Assembly: GCA_050950765.1 (NCBI GenBank)
Contig: JBMNIF010000003.1
Span: 64,001-128,000, forward strand
Reading direction: 5' to 3'
DNA: 64,000 nucleotides
Origin: Bdellovibrionota bacterium
GTDB lineage: Bacteria > Bdellovibrionota_C > UBA2361 > JAAYZI01
In this document: piece by piece, positions 27,763 to 38,478 of the stretch
Position numbering within the stretch: position 1 is the stretch's first letter
Layout: every line of letters begins with the position of its first letter
Notes under the pieces: generated by a model
What the model saw: the letters and a program-made list of their open reading frames with translations, nothing else
The model's database searches: none
What the model was told of the DNA's origin: nothing
Position numbers and translations under genes: made by a program

Positions 27763-28806
27763 ATGATCGGTACTTTAGAAAAAGAGCGTATTCTCAGCCG
27801 TGCTGACTTTAAAGAGTTACTTAGTAGCATCACTCAAAAAGATCGTGAGCTTCTTTTTGAACGTGCTAGAGGTGTACGTCACGCCGTTTACGGCAGAGAT
27901 GTTTTTGTGCGTGGCTTAATCGAGTTTAGTAATTACTGTAAAAATGATTGCTACTATTGCGGGATTAGGCGTAGCAACACCAAAGCTTCCCGTTATAGAC
28001 TTACGACAGAAGAGATCTTGGAGTCGTGTCAGATAGCTTATGAAAATGGCTTTCGTACCTTTGTTTTACAAAGTGGTGAGGACGCTTATTTTACCGATAA
28101 AAAAATCGTTGATTTAGTAAAAGAGATCAGGTCTCTCTTCCCTAGTTGTGCCATTACCCTCTCCATAGGGGAACGTGATAAGAAAGCTTATCAAGATTTT
28201 TTTGATGCAGGTGCTGAACGTTATCTATTAAGGGAAGAGAGCGCTAATCCTGTGCATTATGCCACGTTACACCCTTCTGGACAAAGTTTAGCCTCGAGGA
28301 AACGTGCTTTATTTAATTTAAAAGAGATCGGTTATCAGGTCGGTTGTGGTTTTATGGTTGGGTCTCCTTATCAAACGCTCGACCATATTATTGATGATTT
28401 AATTTTTATCCACGATCTAGATCCTCAGATGGTTGGGATAGGTCCGTTTATCCCACATCAAGATACCCCCTTTGCAAAGGCAGATACGGGAAGTGTTGAT
28501 CTAACTTTAACTCTGTTAGCTATTATCCGTTTAATGATCCCGACTGTTTTACTTCCGACCACAACAGCTCTCGCTACACTCCAAGTAGATGGCAGGATAC
28601 GCGGAATCTTAGCAGGTGCAAACGTTGTTATGCCGAACATAACCCCCCTCTCAGTTCGTAAAAAATACCTGATCTACGATAACAAAGCCTGCACAGACCT
28701 TGAAGCTGCTGAAGGATTTAACGAGATGAAAAAACAACTTGCAGATGTCGGATATCAGGTAGTTATCTCAAGGGGAGATTGCGCTTCTTTCCGTAAAGGC
28801 ATATAA
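27763..28806 (+). CDS. hydE: [FeFe]-hydrogenase H-cluster radical SAM maturase HydE
   Basis: RGLIEFSNYCKNDCYYCG, FVLQSGED, MVGIGPFIPH, GANVVMPN. Confidence 0.93.
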   Translation: MIGTLEKERILSRADFKELLSSITQKDRELLFERARGVRHAVYGRDVFVRGLIEFSNYCKNDCYYCGIRRSNTKASRYRLTTEEILESCQIAYENGFRTFVLQSGEDAYFTDKKIVDLVKEIRSLFPSCAITLSIGERDKKAYQDFFDAGAERYLLREESANPVHYATLHPSGQSLASRKRALFNLKEIGYQVGCGFMVGSPYQTLDHIIDDLIFIHDLDPQMVGIGPFIPHQDTPFAKADTGSVDLTLTLLAIIRLMIPTVLLPTTTALATLQVDGRIRGILAGANVVMPNITPLSVRKKYLIYDNKACTDLEAAEGFNEMKKQLADVGYQVVISRGDCASFRKGI

Positions 28807-28974
28807 TATTTAGTGTGATATACCGTTTAAAACGCTAGTCACACTGTAACCTAATGAGGAAGATTTTTTAATCGGAGCCACCACTTATATCTATTATTTA
28901 ATTTAGCTATTTAATCTTGGTTAATTCAATGGGGCGACTTCTGATTTCTCTGACTCAAAAGACAAGGAGTTATT

Positions 28975-30393
28975 ATGTACAATCCACATTCACTAAAAGC
29001 AGATGAGTTCATCTGCGATACCGAAGTTCTTGAAACCTTAAATTACGCAGAACAAAATAAAAACAATCTTAAATTAGTATCAGATCTACTAGAAAAAGCG
29101 CGGCTAAAAAAAGGGCTAACCCATAGAGAAGCTACTCTCTTACTTTGTTGTGAAGATAAGGAAAAAGTAGAGGAGATCTACACTCTTGCTAATGAAATTA
29201 AACAGGCTTTTTATGGCAATAGGATTGTAATCTTTGCCCCTCTCTACCTTTCAAATTATTGCATCAATGGGTGTGTTTATTGTCCGTATCATTTAAAAAA
29301 TAAACATATTCCGAGAAAAAAGCTTTCTCAAGAGGAGATTAAAAGAGAAGTTATCGCATTACAGGATATGGGTCATAAACGGCTTGCCATTGAAGCTGGA
29401 GAAGATCCTATCAACAATCCGATTGAGTATATCCTTGAATCTATCAATACAATTTACAGTATAAAACATAAAAACGGTGCGATCAGACGTGTTAATGTTA
29501 ATATCGCTGCCACAACAGTCGAAAATTATACAAAATTAAAAGAGGCTGGGATCGGTACCTATATCCTCTTTCAGGAAACGTATAACAAAAAACGTTACGA
29601 AGAGTACCATCCGACGGGACCAAAACACGACTACGCTTATCATACAGAAGCTATGGATCGAGCTATGCAAGGCGGCATTGATGATGTTGGTCTGGGCGTT
29701 CTCTTTGGACTTGAACAGTACAAATATGAGTTTGCGGCTCTTTTGATGCACGCTGAACACCTTGAAGCAGTTCATGGAGTTGGTCCCCATACTATTAGTG
29801 TGCCGAGAATAAAACGTGCTGACGATATTGATCCCTCTGTTTTTGATAATGGAATAAGTGATGATATCTTTGCTAAGATCTGTGCCTGTATTCGAATTGC
29901 CGTGCCCTACACCGGCATGATTATCTCGACTAGAGAAAGTAAAGAAGTTCGAGAGAAGGTTATCCATCTTGGTGTTTCTCAGATTAGTGGTGCTTCAAGA
30001 ACTAGTGTCGGAGGTTATGCGGAAGTGGAGCCAGAAGATGCCTCTTCAGCGCAATTTAATATCAGTGACACTAGAACCTTAGATGAGGTCATTAAATGGT
30101 TAATAGAGATCGGCTATATTCCTAGCTTCTGCACAGCGTGTTATCGAGAAGGGAGGACAGGTGATAGGTTTATGAGTCTCTGCAAAAGCGGGCAGATCCA
30201 AAATTGTTGTCATCCAAATGCCCTATTAACTCTTAAGGAATACGCCGAAGATTATGCTGCTCCAGATACGAAGGTGTTGGCTGATTCTTTGATAAAAAAG
30301 GAGTTGCAAAAAATCCCGAATGATAAGATCCGTGAAATTGCAACAAGCAATATTCATCAGATTGAAAACAATAAACGAGATTTCAGATTTTAG
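28975..30393 (+). CDS. hydG: [FeFe]-hydrogenase H-cluster radical SAM maturase HydG
   Basis: FAPLYLSNYCINGCVYCPY, GPHTISVPR, C-terminal PSFCTACYREGRTGDRFM...C, ends RDFRF. Confidence 0.96.
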   Translation: MYNPHSLKADEFICDTEVLETLNYAEQNKNNLKLVSDLLEKARLKKGLTHREATLLLCCEDKEKVEEIYTLANEIKQAFYGNRIVIFAPLYLSNYCINGCVYCPYHLKNKHIPRKKLSQEEIKREVIALQDMGHKRLAIEAGEDPINNPIEYILESINTIYSIKHKNGAIRRVNVNIAATTVENYTKLKEAGIGTYILFQETYNKKRYEEYHPTGPKHDYAYHTEAMDRAMQGGIDDVGLGVLFGLEQYKYEFAALLMHAEHLEAVHGVGPHTISVPRIKRADDIDPSVFDNGISDDIFAKICACIRIAVPYTGMIISTRESKEVREKVIHLGVSQISGASRTSVGGYAEVEPEDASSAQFNISDTRTLDEVIKWLIEIGYIPSFCTACYREGRTGDRFMSLCKSGQIQNCCHPNALLTLKEYAEDYAAPDTKVLADSLIKKELQKIPNDKIREIATSNIHQIENNKRDFRF

Positions 30394-30399
30394 TTTATT

Positions 30400-31584
30400 A
30401 TGTCACAAGATCTAAACTCTACCCCACGCTCTAATCGCCTCCATATCGCTTTTTATGGTAGGCGTAATAGCGGAAAATCGTCTCTTCTTAATTCTCTCGT
30501 TGGGCAAGAGGTCTCAATAGTCTCTCCCGTTGCCGGTACAACCACAGACCCAGTTCAAAAATCTATTGAGATTAACGGTCTCGGTCCTTGCGTTTTTATA
30601 GATACCGCTGGGTTTGATGACATAGATTCATTAGGTGATCTACGGGTAAAAAAAACAAAGGAGGTTCTGGAAAAAACGGATATCGCCCTTCTCCTCTTTT
30701 CTGAAACAGATATAGAAAAAGAGTTGCTATGGTGGAGAACCTTTAAAGAAAAAAATATTCCGTGCCTAGCAGTTATTAGTAAAGGGGATCTGATTCCAGA
30801 TCTTCCTAAGTTAGTTACCCTTTTAAAGGAAAAGTTATCCGTAGATCCTGTTGTAACTAGTGCAACAAAGAAAACAGGGCTAGAAGAATTAAAGGAAGAG
30901 TTACTTAAAGCACTTCCCGATGAGTATGAAAAAACGAGTATTGTTGGATCGCTAGCAGCTGAAAAAGATCTTGTGTTGTGCGTTATGCCTCAAAATATTC
31001 AAGCCCCTAAAGGGAGGCTGATCTTAGCACAGGTACAAACTATTAGGGATCTACTAGATAAAAAGTGTATTGTAGTTTGCGTTACAACTGATCTTTTAAA
31101 AGATGCTCTTAATTCGCTTAAAGAACCACCACACTTAATTATTACAGACTCTCAAGCTTTTAAAGAGGTCTCTCTCTTAAAACCTAAAGAGAGTATATTA
31201 ACTTCTTTTTCGATCCTCTTTGCTGCCTACAAGGGGGATATCGAATATTACAAAGCAGGTGTAGCGGTTTTAGATTCTCTTACTCAACAAGATAGAGTTT
31301 TAATTGCTGAATGTTGCACGCATGCACCACTCTCAGAAGATATCGGACGAGAAAAGATTCCAGCACTATTAAGAAAAAAAATAGGTGCTGATCTGGCGAT
31401 TGATATTGTTAGTGGTAATGACTATCCGCAAGACCTGACACAATATGCTCTAATTATCCAATGTGGCGGCTGTATGTTTACGCGTAGACATATCCTTGCT
31501 CGGATTGATCGTGCTAAGGATCAACGTGTTCCCATGACAAACTACGGCTTAGCCCTTGCGCATCTGTTAGGCTTACAAAACTAG
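30400..31584 (+). CDS. hydF: [FeFe]-hydrogenase H-cluster maturation GTPase HydF
   Basis: GRRNSGKSS P-loop, GTTTDPV, DTAG, APKGRLIL, ECCTH, CGGCM, TNYG. Confidence 0.96.
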   Translation: MSQDLNSTPRSNRLHIAFYGRRNSGKSSLLNSLVGQEVSIVSPVAGTTTDPVQKSIEINGLGPCVFIDTAGFDDIDSLGDLRVKKTKEVLEKTDIALLLFSETDIEKELLWWRTFKEKNIPCLAVISKGDLIPDLPKLVTLLKEKLSVDPVVTSATKKTGLEELKEELLKALPDEYEKTSIVGSLAAEKDLVLCVMPQNIQAPKGRLILAQVQTIRDLLDKKCIVVCVTTDLLKDALNSLKEPPHLIITDSQAFKEVSLLKPKESILTSFSILFAAYKGDIEYYKAGVAVLDSLTQQDRVLIAECCTHAPLSEDIGREKIPALLRKKIGADLAIDIVSGNDYPQDLTQYALIIQCGGCMFTRRHILARIDRAKDQRVPMTNYGLALAHLLGLQN

Positions 31585-33764
31585 ACTGATACGATAACCG
31601 TATTAAGTTGTGTTACTTGTAATTTCTCGTTTTTCGATAAAACTTGAGAGGCTTTTAATACTTCGGTATCTCCACTTTGGAGGGCGGTATTTAAGATATT
31701 TTCTGCTGTTTCAGGGTTACCGCTCAAGTGTAAGATTATACCAAAGTTCCAAGCAGTTTTTGGATTATCAGGCTCTGCCTCAAAGGCTGCTTGAATCGCC
31801 AAGGTGGCGCTTTGTAAATCAATAAAGGAAGTTTCCGGCTCCCACGGTAGCCTTAACTTAAGGGCTCGCTTGGCAAAATCAGTGAACACTTTGGCTTTAT
31901 CTGCCGCTGATTGTATCTTCCAACCACCTTTTTCATAAAGAGCTAAGATGTTTTGCGGTGTTAAGTATCTATTTTTAACTTCAGCCTGTTCTCTAACGGA
32001 GGTATCGTCTTGAGTAGAGATTGACGTTGGTCTATTTGAAAAGCTTCCGAGCACTTGATTGATATGGAGCGCTTTTAATCCAGCAAGTGCAAAACGCATA
32101 CAGAAGTCCCAATCACCAGCTGCTTTTAATGAAGTGCTAAACTCCCCCATTTTATCGTGCACACTTTTACGCCAAAGAGGTTGACAACCGAACTGATAAG
32201 CTAAAAGAGCTTCTGCTGGAAAGTATTCCGGATAGTAGTAACGTCTAGAGCCTTTATTTGCTAGGAAAGGCTCATTCGGAATTGTACTTTCATAAACATC
32301 AGCATAAACCAGATCTATTTCAGGATTAGACTCTAGAGAGTTAAGCATAATCTCTAACGCTTCAGGGTGGTGTCTATCATCAGAGTTAGCATTAGTAAGG
32401 AACTCTCCTTGTGCTAAAGCTATCCCTCTATTCCAAGCTTGATAAAGAGTTTCACGGTGATCAGTTCTAAGATAAACTATATTAGGGAACTGTGCTTGAT
32501 ACCGTTCAACAACCTCTTTTTCATTTTGCGGAGAGTTACTATCTATAACAACGATCTCCATCTTACCTTTTTTAAAGAGAGATTGCGCCGTTAGATCTTT
32601 AAAGAGCTCTTCTACGTATTCCATAGAGTTATAAAGAGAGACTAAAGCGGAGACTTTTATCTGTGATCTCTTTTCGAGGACGGGAGTATTTTTAGAAGAG
32701 AGGGCTAGATCTGCATATTTTAAAACTTCAAGGGCTACCTTTGACCAAGGGCGTTCTCTACCGAGAACTTCAGCCTGTTTTGATATCTCAATGCGTCGTT
32801 TCTCATCTAACAACATCTTTGTGATGGCATCTTTAAGCGCAGCACTGGAGATATCTGTCACTAAATCACCCAACTGTGGTACTAAGTATTCAGAGACTCC
32901 ACCTTGATTAAAGGCGACAACAGGACAACCGCTAGCTTGTGCATCCACAACCGCAAGTCCAGCAGATTCGAAGCTGATCGATGGAAAAACCAACAATCCA
33001 GCTTTTCTTAAGTGTTGTGCAAGAAGTGGTTGAGGAACCTTTCCGTGAAATTTTAAACCTGACAACCCCCGCTCCAGATCTCTCTTTTGCGCTATAAAAT
33101 CGGGCCAATAGTTTTCATCACCAAAAATAGAGAGTTTTAGATTCGGAAAGTCTTTTTTTAATTCGCTAAAAACCTGTACTAAGACGTGTATTCCTTTCGG
33201 AGGCTCTATTCTACCGATAAAAATTAACTGATTCCAATCACGCCCCTCAGGGCCTGCATAAGTGAAAACATCGGGATTAAATCCGTTACGCACAACGACA
33301 ATTTTTTTCGGATCAACGTTACGCCCTAATAAAATCATATTTCGTTGCGCATCAGAGACACACGTCATAAAGTCTATCAGCTGCATAACGGTAGCTGGTT
33401 CTAAACCACTGGCATACGCTGATGGGGCGTGATTGATGATAATGCGTGAGAGGCAGTTTTTATGCTCCCGCAACAACAGTAACGGATGTACCAATGTTGC
33501 ACAGAAGCAGTGATATGCGGGGAGATCTCGGAGCCTTTTTTCGATTTGATGCAGGGCGTAGTCTACACCAAAGTTCCAGAACTCGATCCCGTTCTTCTCG
33601 GTTTCACCTTCCGGTAAGTTTGCACAAGCGATAACTCGATGTCCTAACTTTACAAACTCGTGTGCTAAAGCCATCGTGGCACTTTCGCCACCACCGGCGT
33701 TGATCCCGTGTGGATAGACCTTCCAATCATTGAAGAATATTACAATAACAGGTTTGGTGTTCAT
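31581..33764 (-). CDS. Two-domain glycosyltransferase (GT4 + GT2) with C-terminal TPR-like tail
   Basis: GGGES, FIGRIEPPKG, ESAGLAVVDAQASGCPVV (GT4); VSALVSLYN, VIDSNS, AWNRGI, NANSDD (GT2). Confidence 0.88.
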   Translation of the reverse strand: MNTKPVIVIFFNDWKVYPHGINAGGGESATMALAHEFVKLGHRVIACANLPEGETEKNGIEFWNFGVDYALHQIEKRLRDLPAYHCFCATLVHPLLLLREHKNCLSRIIINHAPSAYASGLEPATVMQLIDFMTCVSDAQRNMILLGRNVDPKKIVVVRNGFNPDVFTYAGPEGRDWNQLIFIGRIEPPKGIHVLVQVFSELKKDFPNLKLSIFGDENYWPDFIAQKRDLERGLSGLKFHGKVPQPLLAQHLRKAGLLVFPSISFESAGLAVVDAQASGCPVVAFNQGGVSEYLVPQLGDLVTDISSAALKDAITKMLLDEKRRIEISKQAEVLGRERPWSKVALEVLKYADLALSSKNTPVLEKRSQIKVSALVSLYNSMEYVEELFKDLTAQSLFKKGKMEIVVIDSNSPQNEKEVVERYQAQFPNIVYLRTDHRETLYQAWNRGIALAQGEFLTNANSDDRHHPEALEIMLNSLESNPEIDLVYADVYESTIPNEPFLANKGSRRYYYPEYFPAEALLAYQFGCQPLWRKSVHDKMGEFSTSLKAAGDWDFCMRFALAGLKALHINQVLGSFSNRPTSISTQDDTSVREQAEVKNRYLTPQNILALYEKGGWKIQSAADKAKVFTDFAKRALKLRLPWEPETSFIDLQSATLAIQAAFEAEPDNPKTAWNFGIILHLSGNPETAENILNTALQSGDTEVLKASQVLSKNEKLQVTQLNTVIVSV

Positions 33765-33891
33765 AGAAATTTTAATTAAAAAGCGTTAGAATCTTAAGCG
33801 GTTATTAGGATGTAAGATAGTTTGCCACAGATTCAAGTAATAGATTTTACTTAAGATAGTCTATTTATAACGGTGTTGAGTGGTAAAAATA

Positions 33892-34296
33892 TCATACATC
33901 AAAATAGTAGGACTCAATACCCAACTGCTCCAGAACGTAATTCATAACCCGCATATCATCCCACAATCCGGAAGCATAATCTTCATCACTAATCGGATCA
34001 TTTGCTACGGCAAAATACCTCACAGCCCCCGTAATCAGAGCCCGTTTACGTCGTGAAAAGCTCTTATATTTATCTAGCAACATATCACTACAATCAGCTA
34101 ACTTGAAGGCGCCTTCTTTATTGAACTTCGGATCGTTAGCTTCCCTCTGCAAAGCTAGATCACGAGAGTCCTGCACTGCCTTTTTTAGTTTACTTACGCC
34201 TGCCTCATCCAGATCTTCGCACAACATTTTGAATGTACTCGCTATGGTGGGAGGGAATTTAGGTAGGGGATGTTTTTTTCTTGAAAATATAAACAT
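33892..34296 (-). CDS. DUF1232/YkvA-like protein
   Basis: GAVRYFAVANDPISD...GLWDDMRV pattern. Confidence 0.65.
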   Translation of the reverse strand: MFIFSRKKHPLPKFPPTIASTFKMLCEDLDEAGVSKLKKAVQDSRDLALQREANDPKFNKEGAFKLADCSDMLLDKYKSFSRRKRALITGAVRYFAVANDPISDEDYASGLWDDMRVMNYVLEQLGIESYYFDV

Positions 34297-34502
34297 AACT
34301 TCATTTTAACGTTATGAGAGACGTCAAGCAATCCCCTATGAAAGCCCCCAAAATCTATACTCTTTAACTTGTACTGTTTAGGTGAGAAAAGTATCCTTAT
34401 TAGTTAAAGATTGTTATTTTTTCTAAAAAAGCAGCTTCTTTTTTAGGGGTTAAGTGTTATTTATTGAAGATAAAACGATGATTCTGCAAAATCGGAGAAA
34501 AA

Positions 34503-36161
34503 GTGAGCATGGATAATAGTGTTGAAAAAGCCACGCCTTCTTTATTACGTGGCACAGGCATAGTAGCGGCATTAACACTCCTTAGCCGTGCACTTGGCTT
34601 TATTGAACAACTCTTTGTCGCAAAATTCTTCGGTGCAGGTGGCTTAACAGATGCTTTTTTTATCGCCTTTCGTATCCCTAATCTATTACGCAGTTTTGTA
34701 GCAGAGGGAGCGTTAACGTCAGCCTTTGTTCCAGTTTTTACTTCAGAATTGGCTAAGAGTCATAAGGACGCTCAGAAGCTATTACGTGCCGTCACGACAC
34801 TCCTTTGTTTAATCACTCTGACCCTCTCACTTTTAGGGATTATATATGCGCCGGAGATAGTTTCTTTGATCGCTCCAGGCTTCGGTCTTAATAGTCCGCG
34901 TGGAGAGCTCTGCATACTCCTTACAAGGATCATGTTTCCTTATATTATGTTTGTCAGTTTAGTAGCTATGCTAAACGGTGCCTTAAACTCTGTGAATATC
35001 TACGGTGCTGCGCCGCTAGCGCAGGTTACAATGAACATAGTTCTGATTTTTGGCGTGATTATCGCTGGGCAATTCCTTCCGGAAACAGGCTTAATTATTC
35101 TTGCTGCTGCAGTTATTGTTGGAGGCTTTGCTCAACTCCTGATCCAAATTCCATCTCTAAAAAAAGCTAATTTTAAACCCTTTCCTTCGAAAAAATTTAT
35201 CACTCCGCAGACGCGTCAGATCTTACTTTTAATGACACCCGCTATTTTTGGTTCTGCTGTCTATCAGATCGGCGTATTATTAAACTCTGTTCTGGCATCA
35301 CTCTTAAAGGAAGGTAGTGTTTCTTGGTTATTCTATGCTGACCGTTTAGCACAATTACCGATCGGTGTTTTTACTGTGGCATTAGCTTCTGTGCTTCTTC
35401 CAACCCTTTCCAAGTTTGCCGCCAAGAACGACCCGCAAGGATTTGCCAACTCCTTAAACGACTCTTTACGTTACACCAGTTTCTGTATGATCCCCCTCTC
35501 TTTTTTGATGTTTGCTTTTGCGCTTCCTATTACCAAGCTTGTTTTTGAACGTGGTTCTTTTACACCTCAAGATTCCGCCATGACAGCGCTAGCGGTACAA
35601 GCGACTGCCTTTGGGCTTTGGGGGATAAGTTGCCACTCTATGGCTATTCGTGGATTTCTTGCTTTAAAAGATACCGTTACACCGGTTATGATCGGTATAT
35701 TCGCCTTATTGGTTAATATTCTGGTATCACTTTCCATAATGGGATCTCCGGAACCTTCCGTACAGGGAAAGGCAGCAGATCTAGTAATCTTTATTCAAAG
35801 CTACCTAAAGGTGCCAATAAGTCTAGGTCATGCGGGGCTAGCCTTTGCCGGTGGCTTTTCAGCTAGCTGCGCTCTACTACTAACACTCTTTTTATTAAAA
35901 CGTCGCTATCAGGAGTTGTACTGGAAACCGTTTTTTGTAACTTCTTTTAAAACAGTAGTAGCGTCAGGCGCTATGTATCTTTGTGTCGTAGCGAGAGGAG
36001 ATCTTTTCAGTATAAATCTTATTGTAGACTTACTAATTGATAGTGTTATCGCTGTAATTACCTTCACTATTTTTGCAAAAATTTTAAAAATTAAAGAATT
36101 AGAGGAAACGTTTCAGATTCTTTTGCGAGTACTCTTAAAGCTTCGTAAACGCACCTCTTAA
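34503..36161 (+). CDS. murJ: Lipid II flippase MurJ (MviN)
   Basis: LSRALGF, DAFFIAFRIPNLLRSFVAEGALTSAFVP, YADRLAQLPIGVF, FERGSF. Confidence 0.96.
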   Translation: MSMDNSVEKATPSLLRGTGIVAALTLLSRALGFIEQLFVAKFFGAGGLTDAFFIAFRIPNLLRSFVAEGALTSAFVPVFTSELAKSHKDAQKLLRAVTTLLCLITLTLSLLGIIYAPEIVSLIAPGFGLNSPRGELCILLTRIMFPYIMFVSLVAMLNGALNSVNIYGAAPLAQVTMNIVLIFGVIIAGQFLPETGLIILAAAVIVGGFAQLLIQIPSLKKANFKPFPSKKFITPQTRQILLLMTPAIFGSAVYQIGVLLNSVLASLLKEGSVSWLFYADRLAQLPIGVFTVALASVLLPTLSKFAAKNDPQGFANSLNDSLRYTSFCMIPLSFLMFAFALPITKLVFERGSFTPQDSAMTALAVQATAFGLWGISCHSMAIRGFLALKDTVTPVMIGIFALLVNILVSLSIMGSPEPSVQGKAADLVIFIQSYLKVPISLGHAGLAFAGGFSASCALLLTLFLLKRRYQELYWKPFFVTSFKTVVASGAMYLCVVARGDLFSINLIVDLLIDSVIAVITFTIFAKILKIKELEETFQILLRVLLKLRKRTS

Positions 36162-36224
36162 TCTACTTGTTAGATCTTCAAGAGTCGTCTTACTACGAAG
36201 TTTTTTGAATATTAAATTATCTTT

Positions 36225-36848
36225 ATGAGAAACGTCATGAGAGACTCTAATCCTGAAACATTACAAGCTAGGTACACTCCTCCAACAGATCTTTATAGCC
36301 ATGCTTCGGAAAAAGCTTTTTTATTGTTACGCGAGGCTGAAATAGCAGCAGAAAAGATCATTAGCCACACCAGAAAAGTAGCAGCAAAACAGATCTTTAA
36401 GGCTTACAAACGGAGTAAAGCTATCGGATATAAACGTGGCAAAAAAGAAGTTTTAAATGAGCAAGCTCTACACCTAACTAAGCAACTTTCAGATCTCGCC
36501 TCATATACTTCAACCTTAAAGGAGGACTGTTTTTTAACAACCCTTTCAGTTATTAAAGAGATCTTACAAGTAGAAGTAAGCCAATCTTCAGAATCTATTA
36601 GAGCGCGTCTCTGTAATGCCCTTTCCGCTATTACAGATAAACAACACCTTAAGATCCTTGTAAACCCCAAAGATTTAGCACGATTAAAAACCTCCTCCCC
36701 CCAACTTGAAAGCTTTTTAATTTCTGATGAAAAAGTTGAACTAGGTAACGGTATTATTAAGACTCCTATCGGGAAGATAGAGCTGACTTGGGAAGAACAC
36801 TATGACCTGATCTTTCAGATACTCCTTGCAAGGATTTCAGAACAATAA
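36225..36848 (+). CDS. FliH/SctL-family type III export stator
   Basis: Helical A/G-rich N-terminus, ILVNPKD, DEKVELGNGIIKTPIGKIE; directly upstream of the export ATPase. Confidence 0.75.
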   Translation: MRNVMRDSNPETLQARYTPPTDLYSHASEKAFLLLREAEIAAEKIISHTRKVAAKQIFKAYKRSKAIGYKRGKKEVLNEQALHLTKQLSDLASYTSTLKEDCFLTTLSVIKEILQVEVSQSSESIRARLCNALSAITDKQHLKILVNPKDLARLKTSSPQLESFLISDEKVELGNGIIKTPIGKIELTWEEHYDLIFQILLARISEQ

Positions 36849-36874
36849 GCACCTTATATTGTGGTATAAAAACT

Positions 36875-38224
36875 ATGGAGATTACATACACACCACTAAA
36901 TCAGAGAGTTCCACGTTATTCAGGTGCTAAATCTTTCGGTTGCGTTACAGCGATCGGCGGCCCCTTGATAACAGCAAAGATCCCTTTCTCTGCCGTAGGA
37001 GACCTTTGTAAAATCCCTGTTCAAAACAGATCAATCTCAGCGCAGGTCGTCTCATTTAAAGACAATATAGTTAAGTTAGCACCACTAGACGACCCGCACG
37101 GCATTCATCCAGGTAGTGTCGTTATAAATAGCGGGCTGCCACTTATAATTTATCCCCCCTCTAACCTTTTAGGAAAAATCATTGATGTGATGGGTCAAGA
37201 GTTGCAGTATGGTGCCGAAACAGAACCGTGTAAAAGAGGTACTTGCAACACTTATAAAGGTGTTATTTGCATAGATCGCAAACCACCTGAACCGTTAGCG
37301 CGTCCTCAAATTCAGGAACAGATGTTTTGCGGCGTAAAGTGTATTGATGCTTTTTGTCCGATCGGTTACGGGCAACGGCTTGGTCTTTTTGCTGGTCCAG
37401 GAGTAGGAAAATCCACTCTTTTAGGGATTATCGCTGCGCAGGCACAAGTTGATGTTACTGTAATTGCATTGGTTGGTGAAAGAAGTAGAGAGGTTCCTGA
37501 TTTTATCAATGATGTATTAGGTAGTGGCGGCTTAGAAAAAAGTGTTGTCGTTGTTGCGACAAGTGATGAATGTGCAGCAAGACGCGCCTTAGCTCCACAG
37601 ACAGCCACAGCTATTGCGGAACATTTTAGAGATCAAGGTTTAAATGTTTTACTTTTAGTTGATTCACTAACTAGAACAGCGCGTGCTTTGCGTGAAGTCG
37701 GTTTAGCAGCGGGAGAGATCCCTGTTCGACAAGGTTTTCCCGCTTCTGTTTATGCAGAGCTTCCTAAAATTTTAGAACGTGCAGGAACAGCAGAAAAGGG
37801 ATCGATAACGGGAATTTATACGGTCCTAACGCAAGGTGAACAGGCGCAAGATGCTTTAAGTGAAGAGGTTAAAAGTTTGCTTGATGGACATATTGTGCTA
37901 GATCCAGCCATCGCCGAAAAAGGGATCCTTCCCGCTTTTGATATCACAACCTCCATTTCGAGGTTACAATCAAAACTTTTAACAAAACGTGAGTTAGTTG
38001 AGGTAAGGGCACTTAAGGCAGCGGCAGCTTCGTTAAAAAAGAACAAAGAGATCTTGTTATTCGGTGGCACCCCAGATCCTGAATTAAAAGCTGCCTTAAA
38101 GATCGAAGACGATCTAAATAATTTTATTATTCAATCACCATCAGATCACTATCCTCAAAATATTAAAGAGATCATCTCAAAGATCGCTCGAACTTATACG
38201 CAATCAATTAAAAGCATTCATTGA
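36875..38224 (+). CDS. FliI/SctN (YscN)-family type III export ATPase
   Basis: GQRLGLFAGPGVGKSTLL, ALVGERSREV, LLLVDSLTR, ERAG, GSITGIYTVL, LLDGHIVL. Confidence 0.93.
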   Translation: MEITYTPLNQRVPRYSGAKSFGCVTAIGGPLITAKIPFSAVGDLCKIPVQNRSISAQVVSFKDNIVKLAPLDDPHGIHPGSVVINSGLPLIIYPPSNLLGKIIDVMGQELQYGAETEPCKRGTCNTYKGVICIDRKPPEPLARPQIQEQMFCGVKCIDAFCPIGYGQRLGLFAGPGVGKSTLLGIIAAQAQVDVTVIALVGERSREVPDFINDVLGSGGLEKSVVVVATSDECAARRALAPQTATAIAEHFRDQGLNVLLLVDSLTRTARALREVGLAAGEIPVRQGFPASVYAELPKILERAGTAEKGSITGIYTVLTQGEQAQDALSEEVKSLLDGHIVLDPAIAEKGILPAFDITTSISRLQSKLLTKRELVEVRALKAAAASLKKNKEILLFGGTPDPELKAALKIEDDLNNFIIQSPSDHYPQNIKEIISKIARTYTQSIKSIH

Positions 38225-38245
38225 TCTTTTTTTATGCGAGAAAAA

Positions 38246-38279
38246 ATCACTGTATAAATAGTATTATTTACACAGTGAT
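38246..38279. terminator. Hairpin downstream of the export ATPase gene
   Basis: ATCACTGTATAAATA / TATTTACACAGTGAT, 14/15 inverted repeat. Confidence 0.5.
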
Positions 38280-38478
38280 AGCAGTTAAGGGCTTTAATTT
38301 CTTAAAATAGTTTTAATAAGTCAATAAAATCAAAGATTTTCGTATAATTATCAGAAAAGGGGTTCTAACTTATTAAAAAAATAGAAGCAAAGTGAGGGTT
38401 TTTTGTAATATTATAGAGTGGGATATTAGTAAGTTGTGATAAAATATTAGTAGCTAGTGGTTATTAAAGCGTTTTAGC

